A DNA stretch of 64,000 nt, taken from NCBI GenBank assembly GCA_946965045.2, contig OX337240.1, positions 2,480,001-2,544,000 on the forward strand. The letters run 5' to 3'. The notes under the pieces were generated by a model. That model saw only the letters and a program-made list of their open reading frames with translations. It was not told the DNA's origin and made no database searches. Below, piece by piece: positions 1-11,770 of this stretch. The position numbers were made by a program, and so were the translations under genes. The DNA comes from Epithemia pelagica (taxonomy: Eukaryota; Protista; Bacillariophyta). Each line of letters opens with the position of its first letter. The stretch's first letter is position 1.

Positions 1-782
1 CGCCTTGGTCCGACCCACACTTTTGCTTTTGGCCAATCGTCCACTCCAAGCCACCCACCCACATTCGGCCGCATTCGCTCTCTTCCCGCAACTGGAGTTT
101 GCCCAACCAACCAGCCAACCTCGTCGCCAGAGCCAACAACAAAACGAGGTCTCCCAATGTTGCGATCCGGAGGCCAACATCCTCTTCTCTCGCTCGGTCA
201 CTCCATGGCCTCCCACCCAAAAAGTGCGCTGTGCCACAAAACTCGCTCCGGGGATCCGCACTACTACCCAGCTGGTCAACATGGCTTCCCCACACTTTGC
301 ATTCGCCTCACCCTGTCCAGTGTCCAGTCATCGATGGGGAGTAACCAATTCCTTGTAAAAGCTAAAAGAGAGTGATCAATTTTGCGGGTTGATGGTTGGT
401 AGGTGATGGGGATTGAAGAATGACAATGCCCAAAAATACATAGGAGGGCATATATAATAGTATACAATAGCTCAAAGGTCGGTTCTACACTGTAAACTGT
501 AAAGTACTCGTACTCGTAACTCTCGTACCCGTACTTGTACGACAACCCTGACCAATAACAACCCGTGATTCGATCTAAGGATATTAGGACCAACTGTTAT
601 GCGACTGAAAGTGGCATTGGTCGCCTTGGAAATGCCTTCGCAATTCTCTTGGGCCCAATCATGATCTTGCCCGTCTCACAAAACTCTATAAACACACACA
701 CACAAAAGCAAGAGTCACACGAGTCCTTCTTGCCCGTTCTCTCTCTATTATGCGAGCGGACGAACATTCCCTGCGCCGCTAG

Positions 783-2657
783 ATGTGCCACAATTTCCCA
801 GAACAACGTTTGACGCACATGACAGCGCAACCACAGGACCGAGCGGACACACCCAAGTGGAAGAAGAAGAACAAGGGAGGAGGGAAACAAACTACTACTA
901 ATAAAAGGTGTCATGGTCCCTTGTGTTGTCTGTCATTCCAACGAAGACCAAAACCCGCAAAGGGTGGTGATGGTGACATTGTTCCCAAAGATGCATCGCG
1001 CCGAGGAGTGTTGCGACGGTTCAGCATGCCGGAACGGACGCACTGGGATGGAGAAGAGACCACCACGCTGGTGATGCCAAAGGATAGTCGGACGGGGTGT
1101 CTGATTGCCCCCTCCAAGGATTCCGTCCGCCGCATGCGAGGGATTGGCGCATTGGGCATGGAAGATCCCGTCTTTGGTAGTGGTCAGCCACGTCGACTGT
1201 CGCATCCGTCGCAGGTCTATGAAGACATGAGTCTGGGCGATATTCCCCGAGATATGCAAGATTTGATTAGTGTGGCGTCCGATCCAACCGCGCTCATGGA
1301 CAGTGGCTTGGATTCCCAACTCTTTCATTCCAGTCTGGGCGGGTGTGACCTGCAACACAGTCTCTCCGACTTTTCCTGGGCCACCTTGGTGGCGCCCGTA
1401 GAAACGTTGCTGCATTCCTCTCAGGGTACCAACAGTTTCGCCAGTTCTTCCAGGTTGAAAAACGCCAAACCCAACCAACCATATTGTAGCAGCAAAGTGG
1501 ATCCTTGGGGCACCATGAATTGGAAAAGGATACAACCCAGAAACATCTCGTTGTCCGATGCCGCATCGGCGACATCGGAAACGCAACACTCGACCACACG
1601 GGCCGAGAAAAGAAGCGGCGTCGTGTCCCTCACGTTGGGTGATTTGACCGCAACAACACCACGGCTCATTCGCCGAGCCAGGCATGGTGGTGGGGAGCGA
1701 CCACCACCATGCTCGGCCCCGAAGCAACCGAGTGAGGCGAGACAAAGGAGTCAACCCATCAATGCCCATACGCTGTATTGGAAACAAAGATCGCACACCA
1801 GTTCCGTATCTTCTTCGTCATCGTCGTCGTCCACGACCTTGAGAAATACGATTGCTCCCTTGTACCAACTCTCCAACAACAACACGAGACAACGAAGGGG
1901 ATCCACGGGCGATATTTCCCTTCATCTCTCCTCCTCCTCAGCCTCATCCTCCTGTTGCCACTTGAAGCAACGGTTGGATCTGCCGACTCCTCGACAGACT
2001 GGGCAAGACTGTCCCTCGAGGGTCACAGTTACTGATACAGCAACAGCAACGGCGGAACGAGGCACGGTTATACGCGACAACAAAGTTCAACATCATCATT
2101 CTAGTTGGATGGACGGAGTCCTGGTTGTGGACAATCCTAATCCTCTACAGGACGCATCAGAATCCAATGGTCCGCATCCCCGCCGGTACCTGGCCGACAT
2201 TGTTGTGGAGCAACCCACCCACGCCCCACGACGCACCGCAACCACGACTGGCACGTCTCTGAATCATTCGCAAAGTACCGACGCCGTCCTGGAACAGCCG
2301 CGTCCAAGGCTGCCGTCTCTCTTTGTTGTCCATTGTGCGTCGGGCTTGGAGCCTCGGCTGCTTCCCACCATTGCGGACATTTACAACAGCAATAGCTGCA
2401 GTACCAATACTCGCGTTCCAAGAAGACGAAATACCTGCCCCCTGAGGAATCAACTCCACTCGAGCAGCAGTCAAGATGTCTTGCACCCAACGTCGGTTCG
2501 AAGCTTTTACGAAGAGGAGGATCCCAAAGTAGTCTTGGCGGCAACAGCAACACCACCAGGCTGTCGTTTGGCTGGCATGACGGTTCGCGACAGTGGCCGA
2601 TATTTCGAAAGTACCCATGCCGTCATGTCGGAAGGAGAGCAGAATGTCATTCTGTAA
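783..2657 (+). CDS. Hypothetical low-complexity Ser/Thr/Arg-rich protein (~620 aa)
   Basis: Long open ORF with no recognisable domain; composition suggests a disordered protein. Start codon uncertain (783 or 819). Confidence 0.45.
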   Translation: MCHNFPEQRLTHMTAQPQDRADTPKWKKKNKGGGKQTTTNKRCHGPLCCLSFQRRPKPAKGGDGDIVPKDASRRGVLRRFSMPERTHWDGEETTTLVMPKDSRTGCLIAPSKDSVRRMRGIGALGMEDPVFGSGQPRRLSHPSQVYEDMSLGDIPRDMQDLISVASDPTALMDSGLDSQLFHSSLGGCDLQHSLSDFSWATLVAPVETLLHSSQGTNSFASSSRLKNAKPNQPYCSSKVDPWGTMNWKRIQPRNISLSDAASATSETQHSTTRAEKRSGVVSLTLGDLTATTPRLIRRARHGGGERPPPCSAPKQPSEARQRSQPINAHTLYWKQRSHTSSVSSSSSSSSTTLRNTIAPLYQLSNNNTRQRRGSTGDISLHLSSSSASSSCCHLKQRLDLPTPRQTGQDCPSRVTVTDTATATAERGTVIRDNKVQHHHSSWMDGVLVVDNPNPLQDASESNGPHPRRYLADIVVEQPTHAPRRTATTTGTSLNHSQSTDAVLEQPRPRLPSLFVVHCASGLEPRLLPTIADIYNSNSCSTNTRVPRRRNTCPLRNQLHSSSSQDVLHPTSVRSFYEEEDPKVVLAATATPPGCRLAGMTVRDSGRYFESTHAVMSEGEQNVIL

Positions 2658-2908
2658 ACTCGTATCCGTATGGTGGACATGGACCATGACGACGGTTCTA
2701 ATACAAATAGGATTGTGGTTTCTCTATTACTACTAATGAATACCTGTAGAGGAACGTAGGTACATGCGAGTTCCAAAATCCGAAATTGTACAAACTCGGG
2801 AATCCATTGTCCATGTAGAAGACATCATCCATCGTCGTTTGGTTGTTGGAGTCTCAATGTAAAGTAGGACTGCATCCATTCTCTTTTTTCGTTGCACGAT
2901 AGTGTTGG

Positions 2909-4411
2909 TCAGTCTGGATTCGTAGCATCATCCTCATCTTCTTCTTCTTCTTCTTGTGCTTGTGTCTGATACAATTCCATCAAGGCTTGAAAGGAATGGG
3001 CGTGACCGCCCGTCAAGGAGGCGAGTGGAATGGTATCGACGGGTGCTCGAAAATTGTGCAAACTACTGGGACGGACGGCGGGTTGTGGTTGAGCCGAAGG
3101 TGCCACCAATCGTACCACGGGTGCTGGTTCGGCGGACGGTTCCGCAGAAGCAGTGGCAGTCCTTGCCGCCGCCAGTCGTGACAGGTGGTCCCAGTCAAAC
3201 AAGAGCGCATCGGTACGGGGACCCCAGACATTGAAATCGACAATGTACAACTGGTACCTATCAAACAAGTCGTCGTCGTCGTCGTCATTGTTGTCATTGG
3301 GAAACGAAAAAGGATACAATGGACGTGGCCGTCGAGGTTCCAAATAGACATCCAGGACGTACTTGGTCATGTGTTGGGCCATGGCCATGGGTGCAACATG
3401 AGTCTGGTACACGGTGGCAATGAGTTCGGGGACCCACCACCAACCAGAGGATTGACAATACCGCGAACTCGATACTGCTGGTTGAGGTTGAGGCAGAACC
3501 TCCAACACGGGTGCTTGATCTTGAATCAAATGCGCAAAGCATTGATCGATACTTCGTTGACAAAGTGCCACGATTTGATGGTCCTGGACAAAACATCGAA
3601 ATTCCAGACTGGCATGCCAGGGATGATGAAATTTCCGCAAGACAATTTGCAATGGAAGATTGGTGTTGTTGTTGGTGGTGGATGGTTGTACGGGGGCGGT
3701 TTCTTCTTGTTCTGGTTCTGGTGCATGTTGTTGTGGTGGTAGGGAGGACTGGGATTGCAACAACAACAACAAGTCCACATCGGAGGCACAAAATTCACTG
3801 GATTTGAGCATCAAATAAACATCGCCTGCCGTTTGACACTCCAAGGTCCCTTCATTGATCCACGCCGCATCTTTGGGGGCACTCCAATTCAATTTGACCA
3901 AGACCGATCCACCCAAGGAACGAATGGCCTGCTGGAGTTTCACCGTCACCTCTTGCAAGGCCACGGGCCACTTTTGTTGTTCTGGTTCTGGTTGAGGTGG
4001 TTGTGGGCCACTGTTGTTGTGAGTGTCGTCGGGGACACTGCCGTTGGTGGTCGAGTCACTGTGGTCATCATCCTCGTCATCCTCGTCTACGACCCGTTCG
4101 GGACGACAGGCCAAACACGAGGAGGGTTGCGTGTTGGGGGGCAAGTGAATGCCATCTTGTTGCAAATAGTCCACAACGGCTTGCGATTGCGCAGTCGTCA
4201 AGTCCAACATGCGACTCTCAAAGGTTTGTGGAAAGGCAATGTCGTTGTCATTGTCGTCCAAAGAATGATTCGGGGAAGAACGATGACGAGCTGCTGCCGC
4301 GACCAAGAGGGGATACCACGACGAGAGTTGACAGGCTTGATAGTCGGACCATGAAGGAGATGATGATGCAACGGACGACCGAGCTTCATCGTCCATGGAG
4401 GATTCGCTCAT
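2909..4411 (-). CDS. CDC123: Cell division cycle protein 123 (D123 family, ATP-grasp eIF2 assembly factor)
   Basis: Family motifs: CQLSSWYP, VKLNWSAPKDAAWI, GDVYLMLKSS, EFRCFV..LCQR, DFNVWG..TDALLFDW. Start placed at MSESS (4411) within ORF 2909..4483. Confidence 0.9.
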   Translation of the reverse strand: MSESSMDDEARSSVASSSPSWSDYQACQLSSWYPLLVAAAARHRSSPNHSLDDNDNDIAFPQTFESRMLDLTTAQSQAVVDYLQQDGIHLPPNTQPSSCLACRPERVVDEDDEDDDHSDSTTNGSVPDDTHNNSGPQPPQPEPEQQKWPVALQEVTVKLQQAIRSLGGSVLVKLNWSAPKDAAWINEGTLECQTAGDVYLMLKSSEFCASDVDLLLLLQSQSSLPPQQHAPEPEQEETAPVQPSTTNNNTNLPLQIVLRKFHHPWHASLEFRCFVQDHQIVALCQRSIDQCFAHLIQDQAPVLEVLPQPQPAVSSSRYCQSSGWWWVPELIATVYQTHVAPMAMAQHMTKYVLDVYLEPRRPRPLYPFSFPNDNNDDDDDDLFDRYQLYIVDFNVWGPRTDALLFDWDHLSRLAAARTATASAEPSAEPAPVVRLVAPSAQPQPAVRPSSLHNFRAPVDTIPLASLTGGHAHSFQALMELYQTQAQEEEEEDEDDATNPD

Positions 4412-5293
4412 TCGTTCCGTTGTTGCTTTGGTTTGTTTGGGTTTTGACAAAAAGGCACCACACCGCCAACCCACCAACCACACAGGACTGCCGTTCTTTT
4501 TGCGTATTGCTGATACTAAAACTATGATTCAAGAATTCTGGGTGGTGGCCGTGCTAGTTCGGAGTGTGATTGTTGTTGTCGTTGTTGTTGGGACGAGGAT
4601 TGGCGTCTTGCGGACGTTGAACACGCGCTACGGCGTCGTGTCGTGGAATGTTGAGAGCGACGGCCCCGGGAGACAATTGGAGCCACACTCGTCCTTGCGT
4701 ATTGCCTGTCGTCAATTCTTGATGGGCGACAACGGATACCGCTGAATGAGGAGAAGCACCAACACCAATACTGGAAGAGGAATGGTTGAGTGGAATCGTC
4801 GTGGTGGTGGTGGTGGTGGTAGTAGTTGTGGATTTGGTCGTTGGATTCGACGACGATGACGACGGCGACCGTGCCATGGCCAAGCACAAAACTGTGGAAC
4901 AACCTAGAGGTAGGTAGCTCCTCATATTACCCCCTCTCTACTAGAGCTATCGGAGTCTTACGTCTGACGGACTCGTGAATGAGGGTACCTATGTTCGTCC
5001 GTCACCCGAAAGGAAAATCCATAGCGCCAGCCGTGTCAAAACGTCAGCCTGCCATTCGATCGTAGATCGGTACGCCGGCCTTGCCTCGTAGTGTGTACTT
5101 GTCTCATTTTTTTCGAGCGCAACACCAGCACAAAGACGACCATGAGCACAACACCCAAACCCAAAAACAGACGGGAGGTACACGGTTCCCTTCCGGGTGA
5201 GTATACATATACGACATTGCACAAAAACCCAAAAGACTCAACCTCCGAGGAGTTTTGTGAATTGTCCAAACTCGTAACGATTCATCTTCGACA

Positions 5294-7084
5294 ATGGCAC
5301 GGTTTTTCAACATTCATGGCGCTCCTCGATACCTTGCGGAGACAACTGCGACGACTCTTTATGAAAGAAAGCCAGTCACCGAACTTTGGAACAAGCTCAC
5401 GCGAGTTGCCAAACTGCAATGGAAGCGAAAGAACCTTACCAGCGAACAACCTCCACTCTCACGAGCCCAAACGTGCCGAATCTTCCAAATCCATGGGCCG
5501 CCTGGAACTGGAAAGTCGAGCGCTGTCTTTGTCTGGATATCGCGAGCTTGTTGGAATGCGGATACGATGGCCACTTGGATTCATTGTTCGACGACGGTTG
5601 GGGAAGCCTGGACAATCGGGCGAGATGGGGAGGAAAGTTGCTCGCGAGCTATAATCTCTCCTGTTCCTCGTTGCGCACATGACTTGGTCGATGCTTCTTC
5701 TATTGCTGTATTCGACGGCGTCCGATCTGCTACACTGGAGACGTGGAGAGACCTGATGAATGCCCTGGCGAGGCTTGGAGTCTTTGTCATTGTTGTAACT
5801 TGCGAAGTGCTGTCGTTTCATGCCGGTGATTCCCAGGATATTCTCAAGATCGAGTACTCCTTTCCGTCGTGGGTCATGGCGGAATACGAGGAATCTTGCG
5901 AGTCCGATCAATTGTGGAGGCAAGTCTCGCATGTCTTTACTACCAACGCATCCGCACAGGACACGGAGGCTCGCCGACTGGAACTGCTTCACGAAAAGTT
6001 TGCCGTCGCAGGCCATTCTGCTCGCTTCATGTTTCAGTACACGGTTCGAGAAATAGTACGGAAACTTTCATACGAGGCCCGTACCATGGAAGGTATCGAT
6101 TCTTTGGAACGAGCTGTCCGGGCTGGTCGAAGTATTGGATCGGTCAATACCGTAGTTGCTCGGTTGGACGACGACAAGAACGGAGCAACGCCCTTGCAAA
6201 CTGCCGTCTTCCCTACGGATCAAGATTTGACGGCCACTGCGGCAAATCGCCGTGAGCTATTTGCATCGGACAATGACTTTGCAACAGAGAGCAGCTATGC
6301 TCGCTTGGTCAGCGCGAGCGCTACCGAGAAGGTCATCCATGAGATCATCACTACTTGTACTGATGTGTTTCGGCTTTGCTCTCTTGCTCGTCATTTGGAA
6401 AATCAAGCAATGGAGGGCTATGCTTTCAAACAATACCTTCACCAAAAGCTGAGAGAAGCAACTCAGCCGGGGAACAGTCTGACTTTACAGCAAAAAGACA
6501 ATGTGCAACAACTTCCAGTTTCTCGATTGATTGAATGCTCTTCGCCAGCACAAGTTACAGCGGTGCTGAAGAAGGTCATTATCCCTGACACATGGATCTT
6601 TGTAGCTGCTGGTCAACAAGAAGGGGCGTTCGATGCGGTTCATGTCGTGTCGACAGCACCGCCAACGGACGCCAGGATTCGATTTGTACAGGTCACAGTC
6701 CGACAGTCACACACGGTTCAATGGCATCTGATTGATACACTGCTGAGGAATCTGGCCAAAGGAGACACTCCCAAGACTTGGTCTCACTTGGAATTTCTAA
6801 TTCTCCGTCCCGAACAGGATGATCGAACGTTCGGGCTAGACTTGGCCGTTGGGGTTGTGGGCCTGGAGGATTACAGACGTTTTGATGGGGAACTTTGGGA
6901 TCGAACAGACTACCGTAGCAATGTGCAGTACCAGAAACTTTGGTTTGAAACTACTACTCAGAGATGTTATCCATCCACTCAGTCAGTGGAAGGTCTGTGC
7001 CAGACAAAAAGAAAAAGCTACGACAGGTACCAACGCTTGAAAAATGATGAAACGACAGAGGCACTCGCTGTCGTTTTGCTGTGA
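5294..7084 (+). CDS. Crinkler (CRN)-like P-loop NTPase plus C-terminal PD-(D/E)XK-like nuclease domain
   Basis: Walker A GPPGTGKS, Walker B-like IAVFDG and AGHSARFMF. C-terminal EGYAF..., GAFDAV and RFVQVT..SH match the CR-NTPase + CR-REase layout. No N-terminal head is evident, so it may be 5'-truncated. Confidence 0.65.
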   Translation: MARFFNIHGAPRYLAETTATTLYERKPVTELWNKLTRVAKLQWKRKNLTSEQPPLSRAQTCRIFQIHGPPGTGKSSAVFVWISRACWNADTMATWIHCSTTVGEAWTIGRDGEESCSRAIISPVPRCAHDLVDASSIAVFDGVRSATLETWRDLMNALARLGVFVIVVTCEVLSFHAGDSQDILKIEYSFPSWVMAEYEESCESDQLWRQVSHVFTTNASAQDTEARRLELLHEKFAVAGHSARFMFQYTVREIVRKLSYEARTMEGIDSLERAVRAGRSIGSVNTVVARLDDDKNGATPLQTAVFPTDQDLTATAANRRELFASDNDFATESSYARLVSASATEKVIHEIITTCTDVFRLCSLARHLENQAMEGYAFKQYLHQKLREATQPGNSLTLQQKDNVQQLPVSRLIECSSPAQVTAVLKKVIIPDTWIFVAAGQQEGAFDAVHVVSTAPPTDARIRFVQVTVRQSHTVQWHLIDTLLRNLAKGDTPKTWSHLEFLILRPEQDDRTFGLDLAVGVVGLEDYRRFDGELWDRTDYRSNVQYQKLWFETTTQRCYPSTQSVEGLCQTKRKSYDRYQRLKNDETTEALAVVLL

Positions 7085-7411
7085 ACAACCGTTCAGAATT
7101 ATCGGGGAAGATTGTTCCTAAATTACCCACTCTCTGCATTCTTGTGTTAGTACTAGAAATACTTTCGACAGATGGTGGTCGTTGTTTTGGACAGCAGTGT
7201 CACGGCGGAATGTAACATTTCATTTTACATGATATCTCAGTAGTTAGTAATGACGAAACAGCAAGACAATTGTTTGAGAGCAAACAGATTATTCCGAATA
7301 AACAACTATGGGCTCTATAGTTTCGCCATTGTAGGACATACATGCCCAACATGTTGCACAATTCCGGATTTCCAGATTTATCCTTCCCCGAAGCACCACG
7401 GCGAGTATTGG

Positions 7412-8102
7412 TCATGGTTCATTCAGATTTTCATGTCCGGTGGAAAAGGGGGAAATATTAGCATGATGGATAAACATTCCTTCCCGAAAATGAAACCATC
7501 CGTTGGGCTGCTGCTCACAGAGTCGACGAAAACACCACGTATTCTTGTCCATTAGTGGTAATGTCGCACAGGTAGGATTGCCCCATCCACCGATCGCAGC
7601 AACTTGATTGGCAACAGTCATAATACGGCAGCCTTCACGGCGATTTGTGAATGGTGGGAGATTCTAAATGCGGTTGCTGTGAGTATCCAAGACTTCCACG
7701 GTTTGGCTGCGTCCACCCTTAACAACAAGACAAGATCCCACGGCAACGACTGTACAAGTTGCTCGTGGAACGGAAAGTTCCAAATCAGAGTGAGTCGTCC
7801 AAGAAGACAACAACGAAATAAATGTAGAAGCAGTCACAGTCTCCCCCTTTGTCTCATCATTATCACGGTTGTCCTTCTCGCCACTGCTTGTCTTGTTGTG
7901 CTAAATTCAGTACAAGAACGGAATTGGTGACTTGTCCGTCTTGTTGATATCCACCCAACACGACGATCGTATGATCGAGGACGACCGAATCATGATTGTA
8001 ACGCCATCCTCCTTTGAGAGGAGGCCAGTCGCTTTCATTCCATTCTGCTGTCTCATCCAGAAGGACAAGGCCCGACTGCCATGTTTGTTCGTGCAGTGTC
8101 AT
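7412..8102 (-). pseudogene. Kelch-repeat gene copy, internally deleted with a premature stop
   Basis: The N-terminus MTLHEQTWQSGLVLLDETAEWNESDWPPLKGGWR and C-terminus CATLPLMDKNTWCFRRLCEQQPNGWFH match the intact copies. The central repeats are missing (junction near 7862), and TAG replaces W in NRI*NLPPF. Confidence 0.85.
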
Positions 8103-8771
8103 GGCTTACTCTCACTTTTCTGGAATAGAAATTTGTGGGTGCGAGGTGATGCGAGGGAGAGAGCACTCCGCCACGTACGGAGGACGGACGGTCGATCACG
8201 AAAGAAAAGAGAGCGCGAAGAGAATTTCGGCCGTTCTCTTTTGTTTGCAAGGATGTCATGGCAAAGACGACGATGTACAATAGATGCTCGCTGCTTTTGT
8301 AGATGCACCTATTTCGATCCATTCTCGTCCTGAAAAGTGTTCTGCCTGGGGGCAGCAACGACACGTGGGGCACTGGACTTGACGGAAAGGGGGACACGTG
8401 AGGTGTGGTGAAACCCACTTTGTCAAGACTGTTCGGTGCTGTATATCCATCTATACACATCATCAACACAGAGCAATGGTCGGAGGAATCTTGTTCTTCT
8501 TCAGGAGGGGGCACAAGGATGCAATTGGACGACCACCAAGAATGATTGCAGTGGACTGTATCATTGATTCTTAGATGATTGATCATTCTGGACATGTTTG
8601 AGCCATCCATCGACATTTATCATCAGTACATGGCTCAGCGGTGAGTCAAAGTTTCTTTTCATCCCTCCAGGACTTGGTCTCACAAAACGACCATCGATCC
8701 AGACGGTAACACCACAACAAACAAGAACAACTTGTCTAGCAACAAACCAAAACAACCACAACAACAACAGC

Positions 8772-9774
8772 ATGACGCAATCTATTTCCTTCTTCTTCCA
8801 TACCACCACCATGACCATGATTGTGGCATGGATGCCTCCTTATTCCCGGTCCGTCGTCCATGCCATGGAACAGGGAGGGTTGCCCACCAGTCTCCGTCGC
8901 CTCCAACACTATGCCAAAGTCTTGCAAGAGCATCGTTCGTTGCGACCCGCTGCCGCGCAAGGCCACACAGCACAGGACCGGATGGAAGCCGATCGTCAAC
9001 GGTACGCTATCGATACCGAACTCGTGTCTCTTGTTGCAGCAGAATTGCCATGTTTGAGTTTCCATTCTTGTCTGTGACATGTATACCGCATAAAGGCTCA
9101 CACGATTTTTGTATGTTTCGATTCAATCCAACGTGTACAGGGCTCTGGGAGAAGGTTTGTATGGTATCTCCATGTCGTATCCTGGGACGGATGATGATTA
9201 TGGCTTGTCGTTTTCGTTTTCGTATCCACCCGGTGGAGATTTCTCCATGTCGTTTCCATCCTGGGACGACGAAGGATCCTTTTCCTATCCACCCACTACC
9301 GGCTTTTCGTATCCCTTGTCCTTTGACTACGACGAAATTAGCAATGATGTCGTGGACAATGGCCAGCAAAGCAGCACGAGTGATGGCACTGCATCTACTG
9401 TTAGCCATGGAGGACACAATGGCAACAACAACCACCAGGGGACGACAAGTCCGAATGACAATGACAATGAGGACGGCACGAGCACCAGTGAACCGTCGGG
9501 TCCGAACAATGCGGAACCGAATCCCACCGAAACGGACGGTTCGGCCATTGTCCAGAATGCTGCCACGAGTGACACGAAACACATGACGACGGGATCGATT
9601 GTGGCCGTGGTGTTGGGTGCCATGGTATTGGTCCTGGCCAGTGTGGCCATGGCGGTTCGTCACCTTCGCAAACTGTCCTTGTCGTCGTCGTCTGGTATGA
9701 GTGCCATTTGGAGTAGTAGCAGTAGTTCCGAGTCGTCGTCCGTGGAAGGATTTACGGCCACCACGCCCGTGTAA
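8772..9774 (+). CDS. Two-exon type-I membrane protein with RXL motifs; join(8772..9001,9141..9774)
   Basis: A GTACGC donor at 9002 and TACAG acceptor at 9140 join in frame and are conserved in the second copy. The protein has RRL/RSL/RAL motifs, SMSY/SFSY repeats, a Ser/Thr/Asn/Asp-rich stalk, one TM helix (IVAVVLGAMVLVLASVAMAV) and a Ser-rich tail. Confidence 0.7.
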
Positions 9775-10594
9775 AAGAAGAAGAAGATCGTCACAAAAGG
9801 AGCCTACCAGAAAGGCGGGGGGTGAAACGGTGGACGACAATGACGGTCGTGTTGTTGTGTTTTTATTTTTTATTGCAAGAGCAAAAAGGGGATGTGAGGA
9901 ACGAGTCATTTTGTTGTAGGGGCTCTCTGTGTAGTGTTGTTGGTGATGATGTGTGCCACACCAATTTGTAAACAAAGAAGAACAAGAAACCTAGATAGAG
10001 AGATAATCTGGTCGGTCGATCTACTAGAAAGATAACGTGTATATGTTTCCCATTCCGTATGTCATGGGATGCGGAAGTCATTTGACCCTGGCAACGAATG
10101 TCTGTGTGTTGGTTCGATTTCGTAGGTGCGGTCTTGGAAACAAACAATACGTGTTTCTGTGGAACGGCCAAGTGTCAATCTGTGGCAATGGCTGGCAAGG
10201 TACTTCTAATGAAAACATAGCTAGCTGGATGAATCATCTCTACCACGCCTCCAAGCTTTTGGCGAGAGGACTTGACGAACATCGAACACATAAGGTACTC
10301 CTAGTTTTTCGTCGTCTCCTCTTCAAGTTAGGAGAGTGGGGCAAAGCAAATCTACTCATCCTATCACGCATCGCTAGATTGATAATTACAAAAATCGATC
10401 GTTGCTCCACAATGACATCCAGAATCACACAATCCGAATTCCGAATCTTCTCTATGGAAAGTGGTCAGTGGTATTCGTACGCCTCTCTCAAAACACACAC
10501 CCCGACAGAAAGATCTGTCACCGATTGACAATGAGCATCGACTCGCAAGAATAGGCAACCTCAAAGATTCACCGAAACAACATCTTATCTCCCC

Positions 10595-11770
10595 ATGGCG
10601 ATTTTTGATTTTGCCATTCGGTCTGACCATGAACCTCCGCCCTACAAACATTTGTTTGTGTTGGGTGGACGGTTAAGCAGTCACATTGTGGTCTTGAGTG
10701 CGGTGATTGTGTTCTTTCATGTTTATTGCTTTCGAGAATGGAACTTTGCCTGGGGGTTTCTCTTTTATATTTTGTTGCTCCAATTCATTGGTGTCTATGG
10801 TGATGGAGTGTTAAGCAACAGTTTTGGCAAGAACATTCAGAATTTACGACGGGTAGGATATACGGATGGTACCATATTTTTGTTCATGGAATTCAATCTG
10901 ATTGTATCGCAATTTATGGGTTATCTCATCATGACGGTTCTGGTTGACGATCCCAATGTTTGTACGTGGTCATACCTAAGAGAACAGGCCAGTTGGTCGT
11001 TGCTGGGCAAAATTGCGGTCAATTTGGTTGTGGCCGAACTCATGTTTGGGTTGGGTCACGGATTCCTGCATACCAATGAAACCATGATGAAATTTCATAT
11101 CATTCATCACTGCGCCAACTTTCCCTCCTGGACGACGAATACCATCTTTCATCCCGTCGATATTGCCATTGAATTTGGATTGCCCGTTTTGGGTTTGTTG
11201 GCCATGCATTTTACAGCCTGGCATTTTACAGCCTGGCAACGGGATGCCTTGACCTTGGTAGTGACCTTTCTTACCTTTCAATTATGGTATGCCTGCGAAC
11301 ACGATGAAAAATTGCAATTGTATCACGCGCGGCATCATGCCCAATGCGACAGTCTCTATGTGATTTATACCAATTTCAAATCCAATCCCAAACACAACAA
11401 ACTCAAACGATACCTCCTAGACCAATATTCCTTGGAATGGCAACGTCCACAAGTCAACAAGAGCATAAAGAAGCAAAAGAGTAAGTCACCCGTGAAAATC
11501 AATGGAGATGGTTTGCTGTCAATACACCACTCACCAAGAAAGTCGATGGATACAGTGTCTTTTTCCTCCCTTCATGATGACCACCCACCAGCCCGGGTTC
11601 TCTTCCAGGGCCATGCGTTAAGCGAGTCTGTACTCGAGAATCGAGTCGATGCAAGGGTTTCATGTATGACAAATGAAGAAACACTGGTAGAAGTGTCTAG
11701 TGATGGAGACTTTCCATGTCCATGGGAACCAACGCAGCAAACATATAGCACGGGGCGTGCTTCAGGATGA
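10595..11770 (+). CDS. Fatty acid hydroxylase / sterol desaturase superfamily membrane di-iron enzyme (copy 1)
   Basis: His boxes HGFLH, HIIHH, FHPVD and HARHH with several TM segments. Contains a 15 bp in-frame duplication (HFTAW x2) and a longer C-terminal tail than copy 2. Confidence 0.8.
   Translation: MAIFDFAIRSDHEPPPYKHLFVLGGRLSSHIVVLSAVIVFFHVYCFREWNFAWGFLFYILLLQFIGVYGDGVLSNSFGKNIQNLRRVGYTDGTIFLFMEFNLIVSQFMGYLIMTVLVDDPNVCTWSYLREQASWSLLGKIAVNLVVAELMFGLGHGFLHTNETMMKFHIIHHCANFPSWTTNTIFHPVDIAIEFGLPVLGLLAMHFTAWHFTAWQRDALTLVVTFLTFQLWYACEHDEKLQLYHARHHAQCDSLYVIYTNFKSNPKHNKLKRYLLDQYSLEWQRPQVNKSIKKQKSKSPVKINGDGLLSIHHSPRKSMDTVSFSSLHDDHPPARVLFQGHALSESVLENRVDARVSCMTNEETLVEVSSDGDFPCPWEPTQQTYSTGRASG

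Larger units (their letters stand above)
7410..10152. repeat. Left arm of a large inverted duplication (partner ~20318-23640)
   Basis: 8290-10152 is the reverse complement of ~20318-22200 at high identity (e.g. ORF 9109..9774 vs 20717..21382). Homology continues at lower identity into the Kelch genes on both sides. Outer boundaries are approximate. Confidence 0.85.

Noticed and set aside
276-593. Tyr-rich ORF (YKYGYESYEYEY) over a GTACTC micro-repeat
   Set aside because: Short, explained by a simple repeat, and has no recognisable motif.
4522-4925. Overlapping short ORFs between CDC123 and the CRN-like gene
   Set aside because: Driven by GTG/GTT microsatellites; no domain or splice model could be supported.
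5142-5293. Possible GTGAGT intron linking ATG 5142 to ORF 5294
   Set aside because: The frame-compatible acceptors (5249, 5252) are followed by an in-frame TGA at 5258-5260.
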